From sequence record MZ475897.1: 64,000 bases of DNA, one strand, 5' to 3'. Shown here piece after piece: positions 37,604-46,094 of this stretch; position 1 is the first letter of the stretch, and each line of letters opens with the position of its first letter. The notes beneath the pieces are model-generated. The model saw nothing but the letters and a program-made list of their open reading frames with translations, did no database searches and was not told the DNA's origin. A program made the translations under genes and the position numbers.

Positions 37604-37640
37604 GATTATCCTCGGCTGGGGCAATTGTTCGAATCGAGTA

Positions 37641-37648
37641 AAAATTAG
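37641..37648 (-). promoter_or_regulatory. Motif B CTAATTTT
   Basis: 38 nt upstream of the 37603 start. Confidence 0.45.
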
Positions 37649-37716
37649 CGACAAGGAGCTGTTTATTTCTGATCTTAGCGCAGGAAGACTTTACAAATTT
37701 TTTGACTGAGAATGAC

Positions 37717-37749
37717 AAAAGGGCCACCCGAAGGCAGCCCTTTTGTTTT
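37717..37749. terminator. Rho-independent terminator, possibly bidirectional, with cUUCGg loop on the minus strand
   Basis: AAAAGGGCCACC-CGAA-GGCAGCCCTTTT with A/T tracts on both sides. Confidence 0.75.
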
Positions 37750-37776
37750 CGCATCTGTGTAGCTGACCGAAGTCAA

Positions 37777-38436
37777 TTAAACAGTTACTTTACCTTTTGC
37801 TTTGGTCTTGGCAGCTTTCTTAGCGCCAGTCTTCTGAGCAGCGGTACCTTTGTGGTGAACAGCTTTAGCAGTAGTCTGCTTGCCACCTTTCAGACGCGGT
37901 AACGGCTTAAGGGTAGGCTTCTTCAGGGTAACTGCCTTCGGCGCCACTTTCGGAGTCACGATCTTACCGGCCTTGATGGTCGGCTTGTTCGCTTTACGCG
38001 CGGCCAGACGAGCTTTCTGTTTCGCGATCAGGTTGCTGTAACCAGCTTTCTGTTTCGCGGCCAGGTTGCTACGTGCAACTTTCTGACGGGCCAGCAGCAG
38101 TTTACGCACACGGCTCTGAGAAGCTTGGGTAGCTTTCAGACCTTTGGCATATTTAGCCTGGCGCTCTTTCAGGCGCTGCTCAATGCTTTTGCCTTTGGCG
38201 CGAGCTTTGGTTTTGCGCAGGTGGGTAGCACGCTCACCGTCGAATTTTTTCTCAGCAGCGGTTTTCTTCGCAGCAGGTTTTTTCGCGGTCGCTTTTTTAG
38301 CAGTAGCTTTAGGAGCTTTTGCTTTTTTAGCGGCAGGAGCTTTCTTCGCAGCAGGTTTTTTAGCAGCGGTTTTCTTGGCTTTAGATCCACCTTTAACCGG
38401 GTCGGTAGGTGAAGTCAGTTTGCGTTTTACGGCCAT
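37777..38436 (-). CDS. Histone H1/AlgP-like Lys-Ala-Pro-rich DNA-binding protein
   Basis: 219 aa; repeated KKPAAKK/KKTAAKK/KATAKK units; almost no acidic residues; monocistronic between motif B and a terminator. Confidence 0.75.
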   Translation of the reverse strand: MAVKRKLTSPTDPVKGGSKAKKTAAKKPAAKKAPAAKKAKAPKATAKKATAKKPAAKKTAAEKKFDGERATHLRKTKARAKGKSIEQRLKERQAKYAKGLKATQASQSRVRKLLLARQKVARSNLAAKQKAGYSNLIAKQKARLAARKANKPTIKAGKIVTPKVAPKAVTLKKPTLKPLPRLKGGKQTTAKAVHHKGTAAQKTGAKKAAKTKAKGKVTV

Positions 38437-38485
38437 GATTATATCCTCAAGTTACAATGAAACTTCGTCCTATGGACATTAAGTT

Positions 38486-38515
38486 TTGAAATCAGCAAGT
38501 AAAAATTAGTATAAT
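38486..38515 (+). promoter_or_regulatory. Sigma70-like promoter (TTGAAA-N18-TATAAT) pointing antisense into sbcD
   Basis: 5/6 match at -35 and 6/6 at -10 in an AT-rich intergenic region. Confidence 0.4.
38502..38509 (-). promoter_or_regulatory. Motif B CTAATTTT
   Basis: 66 nt upstream of the histone-like gene start. Confidence 0.4.
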
Positions 38516-38551
38516 CCCCGTAGGAATAAACAGGAAATTTCCTAAACATTT

Positions 38552-39631
38552 TTACTGTACTGTATATCCGATTTCAGACAACACCGCGTCCAATTCTTTC
38601 CGTGCTCGCACACGCAAAGACTTTTTAATTCCCGATGCCTTAAGGTAATCCTTTAGGCCATCACGTGGGTCGATATCCGCAAGCGCCAACTCACTAACAT
38701 CAACTGTATCTATATTATCGAGATCGACACGTTTATTCGTGGAATTTATTTGGGAAATGTTAGGCACGCGTGTGCGTATATCTGCTGGGATAGAGACTTC
38801 TTCTTTCACTATAACTCGATAACGAATAGCAGAGTTGGCTTCGAGACGCGACCAATCCTTTTGAGTTTCAATCAATACTGTTTCCAGTCTAAAGCCAGGC
38901 TTGCTGTCAACAAACTTCTGCTTGACCACCAGCTCTTTGTTCTTGTACTGCGCCTTGAAGTGAATGAAACCTTTAGGCAGAGACTCGCCGAATGTCTTTT
39001 GATACGGTGCACCACAGTACGTGAAACGTTTCTTCTCCAGCACTTGATGCAAATGGATGTGACCACTGATCGTGTAATCGCGTGGGTCAACCTTAATGTC
39101 GTGCTTCGCTTTGAGAGGACGACCGTTATCGCCCAGAGCACCAACAGCTTCAACGTGACAGAAGTTAAGACACGGCTTCTTGTGCTTGATGCTTTCCTTT
39201 GCAGGGTGCGGTAGGAAGTTAACAACGATGCCGTCAATCTCAACCTGTTCTGGTCTGAGGTAGATGTGCAGCGACTTGAGGAACGACCACTCACAGAATG
39301 TTTTAATCAGGTCCATGCTGGTGGTTGTCATGTCCGCCCAGTCATGGTTGCCGCCACAGTAATGACTTTCAATGATACCGTCATACTTAAGGAAGTGCTG
39401 CATCAGTCTGCGCTTAGTCTCATCGTCCATGCGGAACTTATCAGTAATGTCGCCTGGGATAAAGATGTGCTTGATGCCGTGCTCAAGGGCATACTGGTAG
39501 ATGCGATCAATTGTTTCGAGTTGACGGTCAACGTGATCTTGTGGGAAGTGATTCGATAAACCTTCCAAGTGCCAGTCAGCGGTTGCAAGTGCTTCAAGGA
39601 ACGCAGTGGCGATCTTACTCTTTTTCATCAT
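38552..39631 (-). CDS. sbcD: SbcD/Mre11 (T4 gp47-like) metallophosphoesterase nuclease subunit
   Basis: 359 aa; ADWHL, PGDITD, GGNHD, HVE and SGHIH motifs; SbcC partner present in the window. Confidence 0.85.
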   Translation of the reverse strand: MMKKSKIATAFLEALATADWHLEGLSNHFPQDHVDRQLETIDRIYQYALEHGIKHIFIPGDITDKFRMDDETKRRLMQHFLKYDGIIESHYCGGNHDWADMTTTSMDLIKTFCEWSFLKSLHIYLRPEQVEIDGIVVNFLPHPAKESIKHKKPCLNFCHVEAVGALGDNGRPLKAKHDIKVDPRDYTISGHIHLHQVLEKKRFTYCGAPYQKTFGESLPKGFIHFKAQYKNKELVVKQKFVDSKPGFRLETVLIETQKDWSRLEANSAIRYRVIVKEEVSIPADIRTRVPNISQINSTNKRVDLDNIDTVDVSELALADIDPRDGLKDYLKASGIKKSLRVRARKELDAVLSEIGYTVQ

Positions 39632-39657
39632 TCTGTTCCATACGTTTTAGTGTAAGC

Positions 39658-39666
39658 TATTTACAG
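39658..39666 (-). promoter_or_regulatory. Motif A CTGTAAATA
   Basis: Exact motif 27 nt upstream of sbcD, directly after a terminator hairpin. Confidence 0.7.
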
Positions 39667-39667
39667 A

Positions 39668-39690
39668 ATAAAGGGCAGCCGAAGCCGCCC
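39668..39690 (-). terminator. Terminator-like hairpin with cUUCGg loop
   Basis: GGGCGGC-TTCG-GCTGCCC-TTTATT. Confidence 0.75.
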
Positions 39691-39708
39691 AATGCTGGTC
39701 AGATGATA

Positions 39709-39716
39709 AAAATTAT
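39709..39716 (-). promoter_or_regulatory. Motif B ATAATTTT with no ORF directly downstream
   Basis: Sits between two hairpins. Confidence 0.3.
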
Positions 39717-39723
39717 TGTACAA

Positions 39724-39755
39724 ATAGAAAACGCTCCTAACGGGGCGTTTTCTAT
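39724..39755. terminator. Hairpin terminator after 39752..40522
   Basis: ATAGAAAACGC...GCGTTTTCTAT perfect 11-bp inverted repeat. Confidence 0.7.
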
Positions 39756-40522
39756 AGATCAGTATAGGAGCGAGTGAAATACGACTGTACCATAGGCCGA
39801 GTACCTGCAATCAAGTTTTGACCGAAGAATATATCGTCAGCACTGAATCGAAACAGTCGATTGTTAAACACGCATTCATACTTGAAGGGATTTCGTGGCG
39901 TATCGTTTTCTGTCGTGTCCAAATACAGAATCATGTCGGAATCATCATAGCTGGTGTAGCTGTATGATGAGGCATTGATAGTCATAGACTCACAGCGAAT
40001 GTAGCGGAAGGTGGGCGGGTTATCCACGAAGTTATAGGTGTCTAGTTCGACCTTACCTACTCGCGCAACACGAAAACTATTATTGGCATCCGTTACCATC
40101 AATGCGCTAATAGTCAGAGAAGGCGACTGGGCTCCTGTACGAACATGCGTGCGCCCGTAAAACATCCGACTGCGTAACGTTGTATCGTTAGAAAAGAAAA
40201 TTGTATTGCACGGAGTCCATGCAAGCGCAGTCACCTCTTGACCTAGAGAACAACCTCCAGCCAGAGTAGTGCCAGTGTGAATGTTGCTTGCGTTAGGCAT
40301 AGCAGTGTATGCCCACTTCAGGTTTGATGCATAGCGCTTGGCAGCAGCCACGCCACTAACAGTATTAGCCTGACCATTTATGCCAAGCGTGAACAACGAT
40401 TTGTTTACGACGTCTAACGGCGAAGCCACGTTGTCAAGCAGTGAGGTCTGATCGTCAAACGCAAACACTTGAGGACACAGCTTGTCGAATACTCCGTAAT
40501 TGGTTAGATGGTATTGCATCAT
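39752..40522 (-). CDS. Hypothetical protein (possible distant paralogue of 41035..41859)
   Basis: 256 aa; Thr/Ser/Asn-rich; AGAGAGG RBS; ATGA overlap. Confidence 0.65.
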   Translation of the reverse strand: MMQYHLTNYGVFDKLCPQVFAFDDQTSLLDNVASPLDVVNKSLFTLGINGQANTVSGVAAAKRYASNLKWAYTAMPNASNIHTGTTLAGGCSLGQEVTALAWTPCNTIFFSNDTTLRSRMFYGRTHVRTGAQSPSLTISALMVTDANNSFRVARVGKVELDTYNFVDNPPTFRYIRCESMTINASSYSYTSYDDSDMILYLDTTENDTPRNPFKYECVFNNRLFRFSADDIFFGQNLIAGTRPMVQSYFTRSYTDL

Positions 40523-41031
40523 GACCTCTCTTTAAATCTCAGCCAGTCATTCCACCAGTAATCAACAGGAATGGATTTGCGTAGCGCATAGTCAATGCAG
40601 TTCTGAGTTCCTGAAGGAGCACCACAGCACAATGATGCAAGTCTGTCTGTGTTATCTACCATGAAGTGATTACGCTTGTTCAACGCGAACCCTACATTGC
40701 CGTCCATGTGAAGCACGTCTTCTTTCGAACTGACTATGTGGACTTCGTGGCTTTTGTTCAGCAGCACATCGAGATCCCAAACGCTCTCAGTAGGCCAGCG
40801 TTCGTTGAAGCCCAAATAAGGAATGCAAGACACGATGCGGTGACCTTGAGCAAGTCCGGCAGCAGCGACAGCTTGGTCGAAGCCTAACGCACAGCCTACC
40901 CAGAGTTCTACATCTGTGTCTATCTTTAACAGCTGACGGCGGGCGAACTTATAGAGGCGTTGTTTTGCCTCAGAACCGTACCCACCTAAATACTGTGGAC
41001 GGTGACCAGTGAATGAAAGTTTCATGATCAC
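40519..41031 (-). CDS. SLOG-superfamily YspA/DUF1273-like protein
   Basis: KLSFTGHRPQYLGGY, GCALGFDQ..A, IPY.GF.ERW, RNHFMVD, SGT.NCI.YA. Confidence 0.85.
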   Translation of the reverse strand: MIMKLSFTGHRPQYLGGYGSEAKQRLYKFARRQLLKIDTDVELWVGCALGFDQAVAAAGLAQGHRIVSCIPYLGFNERWPTESVWDLDVLLNKSHEVHIVSSKEDVLHMDGNVGFALNKRNHFMVDNTDRLASLCCGAPSGTQNCIDYALRKSIPVDYWWNDWLRFKERS

Positions 41032-41040
41032 TATTTACAG
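41032..41040 (-). promoter_or_regulatory. Motif A CTGTAAATA
   Basis: Exact motif 1-7 nt from the YspA-like start; also overlaps the upstream stop codon. Confidence 0.45.
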
Positions 41041-41859
41041 TTGTATTGTGGCTCTACTGCGTATCGAAAGTGAAGGCTTTGTGCCCGGTGCTACAGGCAA
41101 ATTGATCTGATCGCTTACTACCAGTTCGTCTTTGAGTTTGACGATCACCTTTAGTGCTGGAGAGTACATGATGCCCAAGTCCAGTATAGGCTTTTCGTCC
41201 TCAGGCACGAAATTGCCTGTCAGCCAAGAGATGCAGTTAGAGTTTATCAGAGCGGCACGTCCACCGTAGCCAGGACGTTCGTGGCCGTAAGAGGCTTGAC
41301 CTCGCATGATAAGCAGCTCAGGCAGAACTGGACCAAATGAATATTTGGGATTGTCGTAGCGATAGGTTTCGTAAGAGGCAGTGTTGCCTAGCGTGTATAT
41401 GTCAGGGCCTGTGATAGTATTCATTCGAGCAACGAATGTGTAGGAGTAACCGCCACCATATGCGCCATAGCAACCGAACATAGGCATAGACATTGCAACT
41501 GTTGAGTCACGCGCAACCTCAGGAAAAACAGTAGCCAAAGAGTTTGTGTTTTGGTGAGCTACACCCATAACAGTATCTGCACCAACGTTATACGAACCTA
41601 TCACAGGGTTCGTTATCATGTCACTGAATTTTGTTCGGCGGGTATTGAACATGAAATTGGTCATATAGTAGTTGTTGCCTAGTTGGCCTACAACGCCATT
41701 GACGAATGTTCTGCCTGCAATGCCTCGTGCTTTGGGCGTCAGTGCAACTATCTGATCAGGTGACTCTATCTCATCGATGTTGATTGCATCGCGTGAGTCA
41801 AACATTACCAGCTCACCAAATTGTTCGAATGTAGTATTTGCTTGCGCTAGATATAGCAT
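41035..41859 (-). CDS. Hypothetical protein (possible distant paralogue of 39752..40522)
   Basis: 274 aa; Gly/Thr/Tyr-rich; AAGGA RBS. Confidence 0.65.
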   Translation of the reverse strand: MLYLAQANTTFEQFGELVMFDSRDAINIDEIESPDQIVALTPKARGIAGRTFVNGVVGQLGNNYYMTNFMFNTRRTKFSDMITNPVIGSYNVGADTVMGVAHQNTNSLATVFPEVARDSTVAMSMPMFGCYGAYGGGYSYTFVARMNTITGPDIYTLGNTASYETYRYDNPKYSFGPVLPELLIMRGQASYGHERPGYGGRAALINSNCISWLTGNFVPEDEKPILDLGIMYSPALKVIVKLKDELVVSDQINLPVAPGTKPSLSIRSRATIQL

Positions 41860-41959
41860 ACAAAATTCCTTATAGGCAGGTCAGAGCAAACGTGGAACGC
41901 TTACTTGCTGAACTTTGGAGGGAGTTAGGCACAGAGCACTTCCATGTGCTCACCTACTG

Positions 41960-42325
41960 TTACGCGATGACTGTGATCTCGTGGTCTTTAGACGCCCACA
42001 CTTTCTCACGGATGTTACGAGGCATAACGATGCAACCGTTAGACGCTGTGCCTGGTGCTTTGATGCTATCGCCATGCATCTGGAAAGACGCACGACCAAA
42101 CATCTCATTGTCCTTGTGCGGCACTAAGTCCATAATGTACGGACCAGTCTTCTGGCTAGTGCGTGGAGGGCTGCACGTATAAGTACCCTGGGGCAATGGG
42201 CCTTCATTCTTGACTGCTTGCGACTGAGGGTCATTCTTGTGAGCACCCAGACCAGCATAACCACGAGCCACCAGCTGGTGGTTGGCGTCAAACAATTCGC
42301 CTGTACTCTGTTTATAAGTCCACAT
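41960..42325 (-). CDS. Tlde1/DUF2778 L,D-transpeptidase-like protein
   Basis: 121 aa; W.Y.QSTG, GYAG, N+GPLP.G.Y, FGR..FQMHGD...ASNGCIV with the His...Cys catalytic pair. Confidence 0.85.
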   Translation of the reverse strand: MWTYKQSTGELFDANHQLVARGYAGLGAHKNDPQSQAVKNEGPLPQGTYTCSPPRTSQKTGPYIMDLVPHKDNEMFGRASFQMHGDSIKAPGTASNGCIVMPRNIREKVWASKDHEITVIA

Positions 42326-42346
42326 AAGATTCTCCTGAGAAATGAG

Positions 42347-42367
42347 AAAGCCCCAATTAAGGGGCTT
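42347..42367 (-). terminator. Probable terminator
   Basis: AAGCCCC-TTAATT-GGGGCTT-TCT. Confidence 0.65.
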
Positions 42368-42371
42368 GTGA

Positions 42372-43493
42372 TTAATGCCAAGAATTTTGAGCAGCCATGC
42401 GGTCTACTTTCTTAAACTTCTGCAATTTCTTGATCGATGTTTCAAGAGCTTTGCGGGCGCTTGCGTAAGGTGCACCTGGATTAGAGCCACCGCCATTGCC
42501 ACCGAAGTTAGCATAACTATTCCATTTGCCTGTCTTACTATCCTTGCTCATACGGTAGCTTGCTGTGCCGAGTTTGTACTCAATGCTGTTCGCTTTAACC
42601 ACGAACTTACCTTTCGACACGCCACCTTTCTCGATCAAGTTCTTAACGATGTTCTTGACTTCTTTCGAAGCTGGCCAGTGGTCATGAGCTTGGATAGTTA
42701 CCTTGGTACCCGGTACTTTCTTAGTGCTATAACTGTCGAGAACAGTTTTACCAAGCATTGGCTTATCTTTAGACGGATCGCCAGCCATTGCGTCATCTAA
42801 AGAACTGGCTTTGGGCTTACCCAGAAGTTTTTCTGCACGATCAGCTTTGATTGCACGTTTCTTCTCTGGTGAATAAGCACCGCCGCCTACAAGATCTTTA
42901 CGCTTCTTAGTAGAGGCTTTCGCAACAGGAGCTTTCTTCGCTGCTTTGGTCACAGTCTTACTACCCAGCGCATCGAACTTAGCAGAAGCCAGGAACTTAG
43001 GCTTGAACTGACCGCGCTTGCCAGTAACGCCGAACTCGTTCAGCTTGGCAGTACGCAATGCAGCTAATACCTTAGGAGCTTTTTCAGTAATGCCCTGAAG
43101 AGAAGTTGAGGTCAGTCCCATCTTCAAGCCAGACAGTCCGTGCTTACGCGCATAAGACGCAGACTCTTTCAGATGCAGCTTGGCTTCTTTGAGTGCGGCG
43201 CTGCCTTTAGCTTTATAGTCAGCAGCTTTGGCAGAAGCGCGAGATTTTGCATCACCGGTCAGCGTTTTGACTTTAGCGCGGGCCTTGCTCCACGCATCGA
43301 TGTTACGCGCAGCACTAACGCCAGCAGTCTTAGCTTTCTTCAAATGACCGAGGATGGTCGTCAGTTCTGCTTTCTTCTCTGAGTTAATAACCAGAGTAGC
43401 AACGCCATTCACCTTAGCGATTTTGTAGCTAGGCTTTTTAGCAGCAGACTCAGACACAACGTGATCTGCAAGATTGATTTTAATGAGTGACAT
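42372..43493 (-). CDS. Highly basic Lys/Ala-rich putative internal virion protein with MSLIKINL...SESA leader
   Basis: 373 aa; N-terminal ~150 aa clearly paralogous to 43504..44505. Confidence 0.65.
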   Translation of the reverse strand: MSLIKINLADHVVSESAAKKPSYKIAKVNGVATLVINSEKKAELTTILGHLKKAKTAGVSAARNIDAWSKARAKVKTLTGDAKSRASAKAADYKAKGSAALKEAKLHLKESASYARKHGLSGLKMGLTSTSLQGITEKAPKVLAALRTAKLNEFGVTGKRGQFKPKFLASAKFDALGSKTVTKAAKKAPVAKASTKKRKDLVGGGAYSPEKKRAIKADRAEKLLGKPKASSLDDAMAGDPSKDKPMLGKTVLDSYSTKKVPGTKVTIQAHDHWPASKEVKNIVKNLIEKGGVSKGKFVVKANSIEYKLGTASYRMSKDSKTGKWNSYANFGGNGGGSNPGAPYASARKALETSIKKLQKFKKVDRMAAQNSWH

Positions 43494-43503
43494 AGAGATG
43501 ACC

Positions 43504-44505
43504 TTATGCGTTGTATTGAGTCAATGGCCGTGGCTTACGCTTCGGCAAACGTTTTGTTTTTATACCAGCAGCTTTATCTGAGGCGCGTTTATCTTCGCGT
43601 GCAGAGATGCCAACTGTTTGTGACAGGTAGCTGGTCAATGAAGCCTTAGACAAGGTTTCTTTGCGCTTGCCTGAGTCAACAACATATGAATTGCCCGAAG
43701 CGTGCGTGATCTTGAGCTTGAGCTTACCATTATCATAATGGATGTTGCCGTCAGCATCACCGTACAGTTTGGCAGACGCAGCTTTTTCCTGATACTTCTC
43801 CAGCTTGTCGATAATGCTACGCAGAGCGCTACTGCTTTTGTAGATATTGTTCAGATGTTTCTTACCTTCGTCCACTTTAGGCGCGGCAGCTTTCTTCGTC
43901 ACAGGCTTTGTAACTAAACGCTTGGTAGTTTTCACAGCAGGTGCTTTACCCGAAGCTGCGATCTTCTCACCAATCTTATCGAACTTATCACCAGTAGCAT
44001 ATCGAGGCTTCAAAGGTACTGTGTGATGTGCACCGTATTTTGCACGGAAACTATCAGGCTTCGCTTTACTGATCTTGCCTAACGTATAGGTCGGGTCAGT
44101 TTGTGTGATATACGACGCTTTGATGGACAGGTCGAGCGCACTCAAGCCAGCTTTTTTCAAAAGATCAGCAGCAGCTTTAGCAAGTGCTTTGGCTTCTGTT
44201 ACACCGTGCTTGATAGCTGCTTTGTTATCACTAATCTTTTCACGAATAGGCGCTTTCTTTGCAGGGGTCTGAGCCTGACTTAGCTTGAGTTTCAATTTCT
44301 CAGTAGCAACACCAAGCTTTGCCGCAGACACACCGAGAGTTTTGGCCTTCTTGAGATTAGCAACGGCCTTCGTAACAGCGGACTTGTGTTTGCTGTCAAT
44401 TACGAGGGCCTGTGCACCGCCGATAGGAACGAGATGATAAGCTGGCTTGGCTTTGGCGGATTCAGATACTGCGAACTCTGCCAAATTGATTTTAATAAGT
44501 GACAT
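43504..44505 (-). CDS. Highly basic Lys/Ala-rich putative internal virion protein with MSLIKINL...SESA leader
   Basis: 333 aa; paralogue of 42372..43493. Confidence 0.65.
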   Translation of the reverse strand: MSLIKINLAEFAVSESAKAKPAYHLVPIGGAQALVIDSKHKSAVTKAVANLKKAKTLGVSAAKLGVATEKLKLKLSQAQTPAKKAPIREKISDNKAAIKHGVTEAKALAKAAADLLKKAGLSALDLSIKASYITQTDPTYTLGKISKAKPDSFRAKYGAHHTVPLKPRYATGDKFDKIGEKIAASGKAPAVKTTKRLVTKPVTKKAAAPKVDEGKKHLNNIYKSSSALRSIIDKLEKYQEKAASAKLYGDADGNIHYDNGKLKLKITHASGNSYVVDSGKRKETLSKASLTSYLSQTVGISAREDKRASDKAAGIKTKRLPKRKPRPLTQYNA

Positions 44506-44514
44506 AGCTATTCC

Positions 44515-45111
44515 TTAGACTCGGCCGGCCATAGTAAATTCTTTGCCCGCAGAGTAATCTCCTAAGGCAGCGTAAAGAGAATCGCGCAACATCTTCTGAA
44601 TGATATCCGAGTTATACGCGGACGCGTCGCGGAAAGCGACTTCAACAGTTTCAGTGCGTGGGTTGATTACAGCATAACGTAGAGGAGCAATCTCCTGAGC
44701 GTCACACCACAGATCGACAACGTGCTGTAGTCCAGGCGTCATCTGAATTTTGAAATCAGACAGCAGGAACACAGCACTTTGAATTGGCGGCGGAGCAGAC
44801 TGAGAGACAACAGCATTGTCTCCAAGTTTCTCCATAGCCATAGACGCATTGTACACTGAGGAGAATTTCGTTTTCAGTGCAGAGGTCTGTACTACCTTAT
44901 AGCTATTCGATGAAATGCCCTGACGGCGCAGCTTGGCGATACGCACAACGTAATCACCAGAATCGTCTGAGGCAAATGCAACGTAAGCGTAGCTCACGAA
45001 GCCAGGCTCCTCACTAAGCAGCTTGTGGTCGAGGGCACGAACACCCAAGACAGCACTAAGTGCCTGTAGGCCCATCTGAACTTCGCGGGACAGAGACACG
45101 TACATTTCCAT
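44515..45111 (-). CDS. Hypothetical protein with MEMYVSLSR leader
   Basis: Start reassigned to ATG 45111, just downstream of the endolysin stop; about 198 aa. Confidence 0.6.
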   Translation of the reverse strand: MEMYVSLSREVQMGLQALSAVLGVRALDHKLLSEEPGFVSYAYVAFASDDSGDYVVRIAKLRRQGISSNSYKVVQTSALKTKFSSVYNASMAMEKLGDNAVVSQSAPPPIQSAVFLLSDFKIQMTPGLQHVVDLWCDAQEIAPLRYAVINPRTETVEVAFRDASAYNSDIIQKMLRDSLYAALGDYSAGKEFTMAGRV

Positions 45112-45118
45112 TAGCGAA

Positions 45119-45688
45119 TTATTTAACCCCCACGTGTTTAGCCAGATTGATAACGCGAGTAACCCAACCATACACGTTCTCTTCTTGGTCTTCTGACTTC
45201 TTCGCCAGATTAAGCAAGAATGCTTTACGCATGGAGTTGAAGCTATCTGTAAGTACAGAAATGTCACGCACCTTAGCGTACAGGCCTAAGGTCGATAACG
45301 TTTTAGGTCCGATGTTTGGTGCAGGCACAAAATCGGGATACAACTTCTGGCGATTGTTGAATACGTTCAGCAAGCCTTGAAGCTCCAGCGCAGCAGTACC
45401 CGCACCTGAGTTGACTGCATAGTCAAACACATAGATGGCGAGTTCTTCGCTGTACTTGGCAATGTCATCGCACTTGCACAAGTCCCAATAGTTCTTGGCA
45501 TAGATCGCTTCTGCGGTTTCACGAGGCAATACTTTCATATCACCCTGATAACCATAAGCGCGAGCGACTGGCTGAGTGATACCCCAGCGAGTGGGGCCGC
45601 CACGGTCAGCAGCGCGATTTGTGTAACGTTCGCCACCTTCTCTGTCGATAAGCTCTGAGGTAGCGCGAATAGCTAATTGACTAGGCAT
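45119..45688 (-). CDS. Glycoside hydrolase family 108 endolysin with C-terminal PG-binding region
   Basis: Start reassigned to ATG 45688; REGG.RYTN..ADRGGPTRWGITQ, AEAIY..NYW, VFDYAVNSG, YGWV.RV. Confidence 0.88.
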   Translation of the reverse strand: MPSQLAIRATSELIDREGGERYTNRAADRGGPTRWGITQPVARAYGYQGDMKVLPRETAEAIYAKNYWDLCKCDDIAKYSEELAIYVFDYAVNSGAGTAALELQGLLNVFNNRQKLYPDFVPAPNIGPKTLSTLGLYAKVRDISVLTDSFNSMRKAFLLNLAKKSEDQEENVYGWVTRVINLAKHVGVK

Positions 45689-45715
45689 GATATTTACCTT
45701 TACGAAGTGTACGAG

Positions 45716-45723
45716 AAAATTAT
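45716..45723 (-). promoter_or_regulatory. Motif B ATAATTTT
   Basis: 28 nt upstream of the endolysin start, right after a terminator. Confidence 0.5.
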
Positions 45724-45736
45724 CATAGGGAACGAC

Positions 45737-45756
45737 AAAAGGGGCCGAAGCCCCCT
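45737..45756 (-). terminator. Rho-independent terminator with cUUCGg loop
   Basis: GGGGC-TTCG-GCCCC-TTTT. Confidence 0.8.
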
Positions 45757-46094
45757 CAGAATAGCCATCTAATTGAATAGCAGAACAAGCCTGACCAAAA
45801 ACCAATATGAGCGCAGTATGCGTGTTGCATGAAACGTGATTGCACATACGGCTTTAGGAAGCAATCATACAGCGCACCATACATACCACCGAGTGCTGCG
45901 AACACTAGCATCGTACAGGCAAGCTGCATCTGAGGCATATCTACGACAAAGATACCAACAAGGACGATCAGCACTTCAACGATTACCAGATGATAGATGT
46001 TCAGCGGTTTGGTGAAGCCGTCGCACACAAGAGGTCTAAGGTCAGCAGACGCAACCATCAAAAACAGGATTAGAAATTGATAGTCGATTGACAT
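45756..46094 (-). CDS. Small membrane protein
   Basis: 112 aa with 3-4 hydrophobic segments. Confidence 0.55.
   Translation of the reverse strand: MSIDYQFLILFLMVASADLRPLVCDGFTKPLNIYHLVIVEVLIVLVGIFVVDMPQMQLACTMLVFAALGGMYGALYDCFLKPYVQSRFMQHAYCAHIGFWSGLFCYSIRWLF

Noticed and set aside
37777-38436. Tandem repeats in the histone-like gene as a CRISPR array or satellite
   Set aside because: The repeats are in-frame Lys/Ala codon repeats with no unique spacers
45756-46094. Membrane protein as the holin for the adjacent endolysin
   Set aside because: A terminator and a separate motif-B promoter lie between it and the endolysin, and no holin-specific features are evident; kept as a generic membrane protein
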